Below, one piece after another: positions 42,644-51,342 of a stretch of DNA of 64,000 nucleotides (position 1 is the stretch's first letter; every line of letters starts with the position of its first letter). The DNA is from an uncultured Acidobacteriota bacterium. GTDB lineage: Bacteria; Acidobacteriota; Thermoanaerobaculia; Multivoradales; UBA5704. The stretch spans positions 4,416,001 to 4,480,000 of the forward strand of contig CAVYRF010000002.1 in the NCBI GenBank assembly GCA_963770895.1. The letters are read 5' to 3'. A model generated the notes under the pieces. It was not told the origin of the DNA. It searched no databases and saw nothing but the letters and a program-made list of their open reading frames with translations. The position numbers and the translations under genes were made by a program.

Positions 42644-43918
42644 ATGCATCGATCCGTCCGTTTTTCGCTGGGCCTGGCAGTCCTTGCCTTGCTCGCGGGG
42701 CCGCTGGCGCTGTCGGCCGCCCCGATCACCGAATACCAGCCGCCGCCCGACCAGGTTGCCAAAGCTGCCGCCTACTCGCGGGAGCTGTACCAGCACTACT
42801 TCACCAACGCGTTCTATGGGCTGCTCGTGTTGCTCGTGCTGGTCGTATGGCGGGTGGGCCCGCGCCTGCGCGACTGGGCCGAGCGCCGGTCGCGGCGGCG
42901 CTTCGTGCAGGCGCTGATCTATGCGCCGGTGGTGCTCGGCGCGATCGCCGTGCTGGGACTGGTGTCCGACGTCTGGGACCAGCGGCTGGCGCGGCGCTTC
43001 GGCCTGTCGGTGCAGGGTTGGGGTTCGTGGTGGTCGGACTGGATCACCAACCTGGTGCTGATGCTGATCGTGGGCAGCCTGATGGTCTGGGTGCTGTACG
43101 GTGTGCTGCGGCGCGCTCCGCGCTGGTGGTGGTTCTATTTTTGGCTGGCTTCGATCCCGATCGTGGCGCTGCTGCTGTTTGCGGCGCCGCTGGTGGTCGA
43201 GCCGCTGTTCTACACCTTCAAGCCGCTGGCGCCGACCCAGCCGGCGCTGGTGGCGCAGATCGAGCGCGTCACCCAGCGCGGCGGCATGGAGATCCCGACC
43301 GACCGCATGTTCCTGATGAACGCCAGCGCCAAGCAGACCGGGCTGAACGCCTATGTCAGCGGCTTTGGCGCATCCAAGCGAGTGGTGGTGTGGGACACCA
43401 CCGTGGCCAAGGCGACCATCCCCGAGACGCTGTTCGTCTTCGGCCACGAGATGGGGCATTACGTGCTGCATCACATTCCACTGGAGCTTGGGTGGTTCGC
43501 CGCCATCCTGCTGGTGCTGCTGTGGCTTGGCGCGGTCCTGGCGCGCTGGGCGGCGGCGCGCTGGGGAGCGGGTTGGGGCCTGCGCGGCCTGGACGACCTG
43601 GGATCGCTGCCGCTGCTGCTGTTCATCATGACAGTGCTGGTGTTCGTCGCTTCGCCGATGTTCAACACGGTGAGCCGCCACTTCGAGCACGAGGCGGACC
43701 GCTACGGATTGGAAGTCATCCACGGCATCGTTCCCAACGCCAACCAGGTCGCGGCGGGGTACTTTGAAAAGAGCGGCGAGATCAACCTTGCCGACCCCGA
43801 CCCCAGCCCCTTTATCAAGGTGTGGTTCTTCGACCACCCACCTCGCCGCGAGCGCGTCCACTTTGTCGCCACCTACAATCCATGGGCGGCCGGCGGATCG
43901 CCGCGCTACGTGCGGTGA
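42644..43918 (+). CDS. M48 (Ste24-like) membrane zinc metallopeptidase
   Basis: NAYVSGFGASKRVVVWDT, HEMGH, EHEAD, DHP motifs. Confidence 0.92.
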   Translation: MHRSVRFSLGLAVLALLAGPLALSAAPITEYQPPPDQVAKAAAYSRELYQHYFTNAFYGLLVLLVLVVWRVGPRLRDWAERRSRRRFVQALIYAPVVLGAIAVLGLVSDVWDQRLARRFGLSVQGWGSWWSDWITNLVLMLIVGSLMVWVLYGVLRRAPRWWWFYFWLASIPIVALLLFAAPLVVEPLFYTFKPLAPTQPALVAQIERVTQRGGMEIPTDRMFLMNASAKQTGLNAYVSGFGASKRVVVWDTTVAKATIPETLFVFGHEMGHYVLHHIPLELGWFAAILLVLLWLGAVLARWAAARWGAGWGLRGLDDLGSLPLLLFIMTVLVFVASPMFNTVSRHFEHEADRYGLEVIHGIVPNANQVAAGYFEKSGEINLADPDPSPFIKVWFFDHPPRRERVHFVATYNPWAAGGSPRYVR

Positions 43919-43986
43919 AAGAAACAAGTGCACCCAGGCCTCGTATCTGCTGCATGGGCCGCAACGCCCCACTTGGAGGAGGACGT

Positions 43987-45438
43987 ATGAAATTGAACCA
44001 TGCAGTGCTGTTGACGGCGTTGGTTGCCCTGCTCGTCGCGGGCGGCGGCGCCGCCGCCGTTGCCGCCCCGGCCGCCGCGCCGGCGCCCGCATCCGCCGGC
44101 GCCGCGGCAAGCGCCCCGGCCGCCGCCGTTGCCACGGCCCCGGCGGCCCCGGCGGACACCGCGGCGGGCGCCGCCGGCGGCGCGTCGTTCGATCCCGAGC
44201 GCGCCACCGAAGCCTACCTGGCGACGCTGTCGACGGAGGCGCGAGCCAAGTCCGACGCGTATTTCGAAGGCGGCTACTGGTTGATCCTGTGGGATTTCAT
44301 CATCGGCCTGCTGGTCGCCTGGCTGTTCCTGGGCACCGGGCTGTCGGCCGGCATCCGCGATTGGAGCGAGCGCCGGGCCGGCGCAAAATGGTTGCAAACG
44401 GCGATCTATTCGGCGCTGTACATCCTGATCTCCACCGTCGTGCTGTTGCCGTGGAACGCCTATGAAGGCTACTTCCGCGAGCACAAGTACGGCATGTCCA
44501 ACCAGACCATGGCGGACTGGTTCGGCGACGAGATGAAGGGGTTGGGCATCGCTCTCATCCTGGGCACGCTCGCCATCACGGTGATCTACGCCGTGCTGCG
44601 CAAGGCGCCGCGCACCTGGTGGCTGTGGGGCGCGTTGGTGGCGATCGCCATCGCCATGTTCACGCAGGCCATCGGGCCGACCTTTCTGGAGCCCGTGTTC
44701 AACAAGTTCAAGCCGCTGCCCGACAGTCCGATCAAGCAGCGCATCCTGTCGCTGGCGCGGGCCAACGGCATCCCGGCAACCGACGTCTACGAGTTCGACG
44801 CCTCCCGGCAGACCAAGCGCATGAGCGCCCACGTCAGCGGCCTGATGGGCACGACGCGGATCAGCATGAACGACAACCTGATGAACCGCGCCTCGCACGA
44901 AGAGATCGAAGCCGTGCTGGGTCACGAGATGGGCCACTACGTGCTCGATCACGTCTACACCGGCACCGTCTTCATCGGCATCCTGATCGTCATCGGCTTC
45001 GCCTTCCTGAGCTGGGCTTTCGAACGGATGCACACCGGCTATGGCGCGGGCTGGGGCATCCGCGACATCGGCGACGTGGCGGGCCTGCCGCTGCTGGTCG
45101 TGCTGCTGTCGGTGTTCTCGTTTGTCCTGACGCCGATCAACAACACCCTGGTCCGCACCATGGAAGCGCAGGCCGACGCCTTCGGCATGAACGCGTCGCG
45201 CCAACCGGACGGCTTCGCCCAGGCCGCCCTGCACCTGTCCGAATATCGCAAGATGAAGCCCGGCCCGGTCGAGGAGTTCATGTTCTTCGATCATCCCAGC
45301 GGCTGGAACCGCATCCACCGCGCCATGATCTGGAAGAAAGAGAACCTGAACACCGCGGACATCGTCGCCTACGACGCCACCCATCCGGCCGCCCTGGCCA
45401 TGGGCACCGGCGGCGGCGCCCCCGCCGCGGCGCAGTAA
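43987..45438 (+). CDS. Second M48 (Ste24-like) membrane zinc metallopeptidase
   Basis: HEMGH, EAQAD, DHPS motifs; signal peptide plus Ala/Pro linker; [11 protein letters not shown]. Confidence 0.92.
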   Translation: MKLNHAVLLTALVALLVAGGGAAAVAAPAAAPAPASAGAAASAPAAAVATAPAAPADTAAGAAGGASFDPERATEAYLATLSTEARAKSDAYFEGGYWLILWDFIIGLLVAWLFLGTGLSAGIRDWSERRAGAKWLQTAIYSALYILISTVVLLPWNAYEGYFREHKYGMSNQTMADWFGDEMKGLGIALILGTLAITVIYAVLRKAPRTWWLWGALVAIAIAMFTQAIGPTFLEPVFNKFKPLPDSPIKQRILSLARANGIPATDVYEFDASRQTKRMSAHVSGLMGTTRISMNDNLMNRASHEEIEAVLGHEMGHYVLDHVYTGTVFIGILIVIGFAFLSWAFERMHTGYGAGWGIRDIGDVAGLPLLVVLLSVFSFVLTPINNTLVRTMEAQADAFGMNASRQPDGFAQAALHLSEYRKMKPGPVEEFMFFDHPSGWNRIHRAMIWKKENLNTADIVAYDATHPAALAMGTGGGAPAAAQ

Positions 45439-45523
45439 GGTCAGGGTCACCCGCCGCGTCGCCACCGGCCGGCGGCGCGGCGTTGCGGTTGGTTGCGGGC
45501 GATCTCGGTTGATAATGGTGGGC

Positions 45524-46891
45524 ATGGTGGAGGAGCAGCCGGGCGCGGGTGAGAAGTTGGGGCGCAACGTCGTGGCGCTCACCGGGGTGAGCCTGCTCAC
45601 CGACGTGGCGTCCGAGATGTCGTACCCCCTGCTGCCGATGTTCCTGACGGTCGTCCTGGGGGCCAGCGCGACGGCGTTGGGGACGATCGAGGGCCTGGCC
45701 GAATCTCTCGCGTCGCTGTGCAAGCTGCTGAGCGGACGGTGGTCGGACCGCGCCGCCCGGCGCAAGCCGCTGGTGGTCGCCGGCTATTCGCTGGCGTCGG
45801 CGGCCAAGCCGCTGGTCGGCCTGGCGGTGAGCCCGGCCCAGGTGCTGGCCGTTCGCCTGATCGACCGGGCGGGCAAGGGGCTGCGCCAGCCGCCGCGGGA
45901 CGCGCTGATCACCGACTCGGTGTCGCCGTCCATCCGCGGGCGCGCCTTCGGCTTCCATCGCGCCGGCGACAACCTGGGCGCCGTGCTCGGACCCCTGGTC
46001 GCCTTCGCCCTGCTGCGCTACGCCCCAGGGGTCGGCCCGCGCCAGGTCTTCCTGCTCGCCGCCGTGCCCGCGGCGCTGTCGGTCGCCCTGCTGATCCTGG
46101 GTGTGCGCGAGCCGCGCCGCGTGCGCGGTGTGGCCGCGGCGCCGGTGCCGCCGGGACCGCTGCCGGCGCCAGCGGCAGCCGCCGCGTCCGCCCAGGAAGC
46201 CGGCCCCCAGAGCGCAGCCGGCATCCAAGGTGTGCGGGATCGGACGGAAGCGATCGCCAACGACGCCGGCCCGTCGTTGCAGCGCCCGGCGCAATCCGCC
46301 GCCGGGCCGGACCCTGCGGCACCCGCCGGTCTGGGGAGGCGCTTCTGGTGGTTCCTGGTGGTGGTCGTACTGTTCACCCTGGGCAATTCGAGCGATGCCT
46401 TCCTGCTGTTGCGCGCCACCCGCCTGGGCGTCGGCGCCGCCCTGGTGCCGGTGCTCTGGGCGCTGCTCAACCTGGTCAAGGCCTTCAGCAACGTTCCCGG
46501 CGGCGCGCTCTCCGACCGGTTCGGCCGCCGCCCGCTGCTGGTCGTCGGCTGGACCCTCTACGCCGCCGTCTACTTCGCCTTTGGCGCCGCCCGCTCCGCA
46601 TGGCAGGTGTGGGCTCTCTTTGCCGTCTACGGGCTCTACTTCGGCGCCACCGAAGGCGTCCAGTCCGCCCTGGTCGCCGACTTCGCCCCGCCCGAGCGCC
46701 GCGGCACCGCCTTCGGCCTGTACAACCTGGCCCTGGGTCTTGGCGCCCTGCCCGCCTCCCTCCTGTTCGGCCTGCTGGCCGATCGCGCCGGCGCCCCCGT
46801 CGCCTTCACCTTTGGCGGCACCATGGCCCTGGTGGCCGCCCTCGCCATCTGCTTCGTCGCCCCCTCCCGCGGCCGGGCCGCCGGCGCCTGA
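45524..46891 (+). CDS. MFS transporter
   Basis: SLLTDVASEM, G.WSDR..RRKPL, DRAGKGLRQPPRDALI, FTLGNSSDAFL, GALSDRFGRR. Confidence 0.92.
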   Translation: MVEEQPGAGEKLGRNVVALTGVSLLTDVASEMSYPLLPMFLTVVLGASATALGTIEGLAESLASLCKLLSGRWSDRAARRKPLVVAGYSLASAAKPLVGLAVSPAQVLAVRLIDRAGKGLRQPPRDALITDSVSPSIRGRAFGFHRAGDNLGAVLGPLVAFALLRYAPGVGPRQVFLLAAVPAALSVALLILGVREPRRVRGVAAAPVPPGPLPAPAAAAASAQEAGPQSAAGIQGVRDRTEAIANDAGPSLQRPAQSAAGPDPAAPAGLGRRFWWFLVVVVLFTLGNSSDAFLLLRATRLGVGAALVPVLWALLNLVKAFSNVPGGALSDRFGRRPLLVVGWTLYAAVYFAFGAARSAWQVWALFAVYGLYFGATEGVQSALVADFAPPERRGTAFGLYNLALGLGALPASLLFGLLADRAGAPVAFTFGGTMALVAALAICFVAPSRGRAAGA

Positions 46892-46955
46892 CGCGGAGCG
46901 CGGCGCGCACGATCACGGCCCTGGCTGGTGCCGTGGGGCGTCAACGTGCCCGCGG

Positions 46956-47351
46956 TCAGCGGGGTGGGCTGGCGAGGGTGAGGGGGGCGATGCGGGCGAG
47001 GAGATCGAAGTCGCGGTCGCGGTGAGCGATGGCGAGGCCGTTGCGGAGGGCGCAGGTGGCGATCAGACAGTCGACGCCGGAGCGGATGGTGAGGCCGGCG
47101 CGGCGGGCTTGGCGGTAGAGCTGGGCGGCTTCCAGGTAGACGTCGGTGCGCAACGGGGCCTCGACGATGGGGAAGGCGAGCAGAGCGCGGCGCGCCACAC
47201 GGTAGGGCCATTCGTCCCTGAAGCCCTGGAGGACTTCCTGCACGACGGGCAGGCAGGTCACCAGGTGATCGACATCGCCGACTGCGGCGAGGTCGAGAGG
47301 GTCCTGTTTGCGAAACACCTCGATCCAGATCGAGGTATCGACCAGGATCAA
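46956..47351 (-). CDS. vapC: PIN-domain VapC toxin
   Basis: ILVDTSIWIE, QEVLQG, TIRSGVDCLIA, HRDRDF; TTG start overlaps the antitoxin stop (TTGA). Confidence 0.9.
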   Translation of the reverse strand: MILVDTSIWIEVFRKQDPLDLAAVGDVDHLVTCLPVVQEVLQGFRDEWPYRVARRALLAFPIVEAPLRTDVYLEAAQLYRQARRAGLTIRSGVDCLIATCALRNGLAIAHRDRDFDLLARIAPLTLASPPR

Positions 47352-47605
47352 CGGGCGGTCGCCTTGGCACCGCGGCGGCCGGCGCCGCTCGGGCGGTGGG
47401 TGGCGCCGGCAGCATCGCCGCGCATGGCTGCCAGGTCGCCTTCCCACAGACCGGAGCCGGCGAGCTCAAGGATCTGCCCCGCGTGGACGCGCCGCACCAG
47501 ATCCGCGAGCGCGCGATTCACGGTTGCCGAGTAGGTGCGTTCGCCGCTGAGGCGCTTGGCTTCGTCGAGCAGCTGTTCGTCTAACACAAGATTTGTGCGT
47601 TTCAT
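47348..47605 (-). CDS. vapB: VapB-type (RHH-like) antitoxin
   Basis: MKRTNLVLDEQLLDEA..LSGERTYSATVNRAL...WEGDL..MR; directly upstream of the PIN gene. Confidence 0.88.
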   Translation of the reverse strand: MKRTNLVLDEQLLDEAKRLSGERTYSATVNRALADLVRRVHAGQILELAGSGLWEGDLAAMRGDAAGATHRPSGAGRRGAKATAR

Positions 47606-47640
47606 ACACACAAGTCTCAACATTCTGGGCTCCTTGTCAA
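47593..47640 (-). promoter_or_regulatory. Probable vapBC promoter/operator
   Basis: TTGACA (47640-47635) 29 nt before the ATG; imperfect inverted repeat TTGTGTGT-ATGAA-ACGCACAA spanning the start codon. Confidence 0.5.
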
Positions 47641-47675
47641 GTTTGAGGGCAACAGTGGTGCCTCCGGTTCATGGG

Positions 47676-47834
47676 CGCCGCGGCGTAGCGTGCGTTTTGC
47701 CGCCGGCGTGGTCGCTCTAACAGGAAGACGGAAAAAGGGGCGGGTTTGGCGCATTGCCGCCCGAGCCGAATCGCGGCCCAGCTGGCAGGACGTCCCACGG
47801 AAACGTTGACGGCTTCCGGCGGACCAGGACACAC
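47676..47834. repeat. Imperfect ~160-bp direct repeat, copy 1
   Basis: Shares GGTCGCTCTAACA, TTGGCGCAT and CGGAAACGTTGACGGCT in the same order and near-identical spacing with 52918-53074. Confidence 0.8.
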
Positions 47835-47959
47835 GGCCCGCGCCAGCCGTTTGCCGGGATGGCAAGACCCAAGGTCGCGGCCGCGAAGCGATGACGCGGC
47901 GCCACCGTGCAAGTCCACGGTTACGTCGTGCTGCGCGAGGTGTGCGGCAGGGCCGCGAC

Positions 47960-48240
47960 GGGCTCTCCTGTTGGCCTTTGGCAAGGGCCTGCCGGCTGCC
48001 ATCGAGATCGACCCCGCCTTTCGTCGCTTCGCCGGTCATCGCGCCACCTCGACCTGGGCTGCATACAGGTCCAGCGGTCGATGCTCCACCGGCAGCTCAA
48101 GAATCAGGCCGCTGTTATGCTCGAAGGCGCCTGGGAGGCCAGGGCACCAGCCTGGCAGGGAGTGGGCAGTGGTGCATTGTGTTATCGCTGCCGCCTCATT
48201 CCTGCCTTCGCTGACGTGGGAGTCTCCAGTTTCCACCGGT
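47960..48240 (-). pseudogene. Possible degenerate IS21-family (istA/istB junction) remnant
   Basis: Frame ending VEHRPLDLYAAQVEVAR* overlaps (ATGA, 48039-48036) a frame starting MTGEATKGGVDLDGSRQALAK, reminiscent of an IstA C-terminus and IstB N-terminus; no catalytic domains remain. Confidence 0.3.
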
Positions 48241-48783
48241 CCGCCGTTGCCGGCGGTCGCGGAAAGCCACCCTGAGGCCAACGGCCGCCTGCCGCAGCCG
48301 CTGTTGCGCCGCCGACGCGGCGCTTTAGGCATGCGAGACAACTAACGGTACAGCCTGACCTCGCGCCCGCCCCACCCTCGCTGAAACACAGTAAGGTGCT
48401 TGTTTAAAAGAGTTTAGCGTTTGTGCGGACGATGAGATCAGGCGACTTCATGAGGGAGACCACCCGGCTGGGCGCTTTTGCCATTGCATCCGCACAACTA
48501 AATGTATGATGATTAGAGACGATGTTGAGCCCTTATGGAGAGCTTTCTCGCGTGTAGGGCAAGGCGACAAACCGGCCGGCGGGTCGTGGTTCGAATGCCG
48601 TGCTCGGTTGACGCTTATGCGCCATCGTTTTATTATTTGTTGTGAGCCGCTGCGGCCCGTTCCAACCCCGCCGAGGGATGAGCCGCTGGTCGCATGTCGA
48701 CGACGGCAGAGCCGTATGCGCCAAAGGAGGTCGAATATGAGGTCCATTTGTGGGTCGGTGCTTACCTCGGAGGAGGCTCTGCC

Positions 48784-49824
48784 GTGGGCAAGCTGACGCT
48801 TGCACTCAGCCTCCTGCTGGCCGGTTTCTTGCCTGCGGCCTCCTTTAATTCAGTCCCGTCGTACATGGGTGCTTCCCTGGCCTGGAACTCGACCGAGCTC
48901 AAGCAGCTCGACCAGGTGATCGCCGACAACCAGGTGATGCTCGTCGGCGAGGTCCATGGGACCCAGGAGAGCCCGCAATTCGTGTCGACAATCGTGCATC
49001 GCGCCTTGGACCAGGGGCGGAGTGTGACGGTGGCGCTCGAGATTCCGCAAGAGGAGCAATCTGTCCTGCAGCAGTGTCCAACGCACGATGGGATCGGTGG
49101 AGACCTGCGTTCCAGGCTGGCCAAACTCCCGTTTTGGAGCTCTTCGGATAGGGATGGGCGAAGCAGTGAAGCCATGCTGGGGCTCATCGACGAGTTGCAT
49201 AGATTGCACTGCGATCAACAGAAGCCTGTCGATCTGGTTGCGATCGACCCCAAGGCTGACGGCGATACCGGCTCGGCACCCTCTCCGATGGGGGCTCCGC
49301 CCCGCGACCAGGGGATGGCGGAAGCCGTGGCCAAAGCCATCCAAATCTCGCAGGGCGACCATCCCCTGCTCGTCGCGCTTACCGGCAATCTGCACCAAAA
49401 ACTCCAGCCTGGCTTCCCCTGGGACAAGCCCGATGTGCCCGCGGCCAAGTTGTACAAGCCCATGGGTTGTCGACTGATCGGAACGCTCGACGCCAACACC
49501 CATCTGGTGGCCCTTGACGTGCGCCTCTATGGCGGCGGCGACGCATGGATCTGTTCCGGTACGTCGAATTGTGGCAAGACGCCGATGCCGAAACGGCAGG
49601 GCGTGCAGCTGGCGGACGCTAAGAGCCCGAAGGTGGGCCTGACTGTCGATCAAACTGATCTGGCGGTCGATCGAGTTTGTCTGTCTGGAAACAATGCGCA
49701 GGCGACGAATCCAAAGCTATCGCAGGGCTACTACTATTTCACTATGCCGGTCAATGACTCTCCGCCAGCCAACTTGACGACCGCGCCGACGCAGGTGGCC
49801 GCTTTGTTACGTGGGGCCGGCTAG
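48784..49824 (+). CDS. Secreted EreA/ChaN/TIKI-like fold protein
   Basis: GTG after GGAGGAGG; signal peptide; LVGEVHGT, VALEIP, FW..DGRSSEAM, RDQGMA, LTGNLH motifs. Confidence 0.65.
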   Translation: MGKLTLALSLLLAGFLPAASFNSVPSYMGASLAWNSTELKQLDQVIADNQVMLVGEVHGTQESPQFVSTIVHRALDQGRSVTVALEIPQEEQSVLQQCPTHDGIGGDLRSRLAKLPFWSSSDRDGRSSEAMLGLIDELHRLHCDQQKPVDLVAIDPKADGDTGSAPSPMGAPPRDQGMAEAVAKAIQISQGDHPLLVALTGNLHQKLQPGFPWDKPDVPAAKLYKPMGCRLIGTLDANTHLVALDVRLYGGGDAWICSGTSNCGKTPMPKRQGVQLADAKSPKVGLTVDQTDLAVDRVCLSGNNAQATNPKLSQGYYYFTMPVNDSPPANLTTAPTQVAALLRGAG

Positions 49825-49938
49825 CTGCCCTCTTAGCCACATGTCAATCCGGCCTCTTCGCGGGGGTCATGTCGGATGGAGCCTTGCCGCCGCTTTGGCT
49901 CAAGGTGATGTGTATTGTCGATATGGGAGCGCAGCGCC

Positions 49939-51051
49939 ATGACGCGGATCCTGATCGCAACGTATCCAGCAGATATTCACGCGACGATAGTGGCGGATGC
50001 GGTTGCCGCTCGTGGGCACGAGGCAGTGCTGTGGCAGGGCACGGACTTCCCGACGCTCCAGCAAGCTTCGATTTCCATTGCGGATGGACAAGGCACGTTG
50101 TGGGAGATTTCTGGCCCGCGGGTGGCGGTCAGTTCGCGCGCTCCATTCGATGTGGTCTGGTGCCGCCGGCCGGTCATCGAGCCTGTGCTGCCTGAAGAGA
50201 TGCATCCGGGCGACCGAGTCGTGGCGCACCGCGAGTGCGCGAGCTTCAGCCGCAGTCTCTGGCAGCTTTTGGCGCCGGTTGCGTTCTGGGTCAATCCCCT
50301 GGGCAGCCAGCACCGCGCCAACGCCAAGCCGGTGCAGCTGCAGGAGGCGTTGGCGGTGGGTCTGCGAGTACCGCCGACCCTGTGCAGCAACGACCCGGAC
50401 AAAATCAGGCGCTTCCTGAACCGCTATGAGGGCGAAGCGATCTACAAGCCGTTCTCGCCGGCGCAATGGCTGAAGGGCGACAGCTCGGCGCTCACCTTCA
50501 CCAGCGCCGTGGCTTGCGACGACCTACCAGAAGACGAGGTGCTGCGTCTGACGCCGGGGATCTTCCAGCAGCGGATTCCCAAGGACCATGAGCTGCGGCT
50601 CACCTACATCGGCGACCGCGTCGTGGTCGCCAAGCTCATGTCGCAGGAAGTGCCCGGCGCGTGTATCGATTGGAAGCTCGCCTTTGGCAACCTCCGGGTC
50701 GAGCCGGCAGAGATTCCTGCGGCCATCGATCGGGCCTGCCGCCAGCTGCTCAAGCGCTTCAACCTTGTTTTTGCCTGCCTGGACATGATCGTCACTCCAG
50801 AAGGCGAGCATGTGTTCGTCGAGCTCAACGAGATGGGGCAGTTCCTGTGGGTGGAGGAGCTGAACCCGAACCTCCTGGTGCTGGATCCGTTCTGCGAGAT
50901 GCTGATCCAGGCTCGCTCCGACTACAGTTGGAACAGGTCTGGCGACAATCTGCTTTTCTCCGACCTGTATGAACCTGCCATTGTCAAGCAGCGGAATGTT
51001 TTGTCGCAGGTTCACGTCGCCAAGCCGAAGTACTACTCGGTACGCGATTGA
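49939..51051 (+). CDS. ATP-grasp peptide ligase (RimK superfamily, MvdC/MvdD-like graspetide synthetase)
   Basis: KPVQLQEALAVGLRVPPTLCSND, IYKP, IFQQRIPKDHELRLTYIG, IDW, LDMIVTPEGEHVFVELNEMGQFLW. Confidence 0.88.
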   Translation: MTRILIATYPADIHATIVADAVAARGHEAVLWQGTDFPTLQQASISIADGQGTLWEISGPRVAVSSRAPFDVVWCRRPVIEPVLPEEMHPGDRVVAHRECASFSRSLWQLLAPVAFWVNPLGSQHRANAKPVQLQEALAVGLRVPPTLCSNDPDKIRRFLNRYEGEAIYKPFSPAQWLKGDSSALTFTSAVACDDLPEDEVLRLTPGIFQQRIPKDHELRLTYIGDRVVVAKLMSQEVPGACIDWKLAFGNLRVEPAEIPAAIDRACRQLLKRFNLVFACLDMIVTPEGEHVFVELNEMGQFLWVEELNPNLLVLDPFCEMLIQARSDYSWNRSGDNLLFSDLYEPAIVKQRNVLSQVHVAKPKYYSVRD

Positions 51052-51054
51052 GCG

Positions 51055-51099
51055 TTGTTGTACAGTCACGCATCTATTATAATTTTATCGCAAAAGGAG
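51055..51099 (+). promoter_or_regulatory. Sigma70-like promoter and RBS of the small peptide gene
   Basis: TTGTTG (51055-51060)-N17-TATAAT (51078-51083), then AAGGAG 8 nt before ATG 51108. Confidence 0.6.
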
Positions 51100-51107
51100 A
51101 CAACGTT

Positions 51108-51245
51108 ATGAAGAAGCCTCAGCCGGGCCGCATCTTGGGACGGAAGCTGGCAAAGGACCTGACCAGGGACCAGCTGGAAAGCGTGGCTGGCGGAACCATC
51201 TGCTCATGCGCCGGCGAATACGACGATAGCGATTTTTCCTACTAG
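51108..51245 (+). CDS. 45-aa putative graspetide precursor (double-Gly leader)
   Basis: MKKPQPGRILGRKLAKDLTRDQLESVAGG|TICSCAGEYDDSDFSY; strong RBS; adjacent to the ATP-grasp ligase. Confidence 0.82.
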   Translation: MKKPQPGRILGRKLAKDLTRDQLESVAGGTICSCAGEYDDSDFSY

Positions 51246-51342
51246 CCCACGGTATAGGTAGCGCCCCCCTGCGGCAGCGGTGTCACGGCCGGCCGCAGGG
51301 GCGACGGAAACGATATGGCTGCCAACAAAGGTGTCATCGTGC

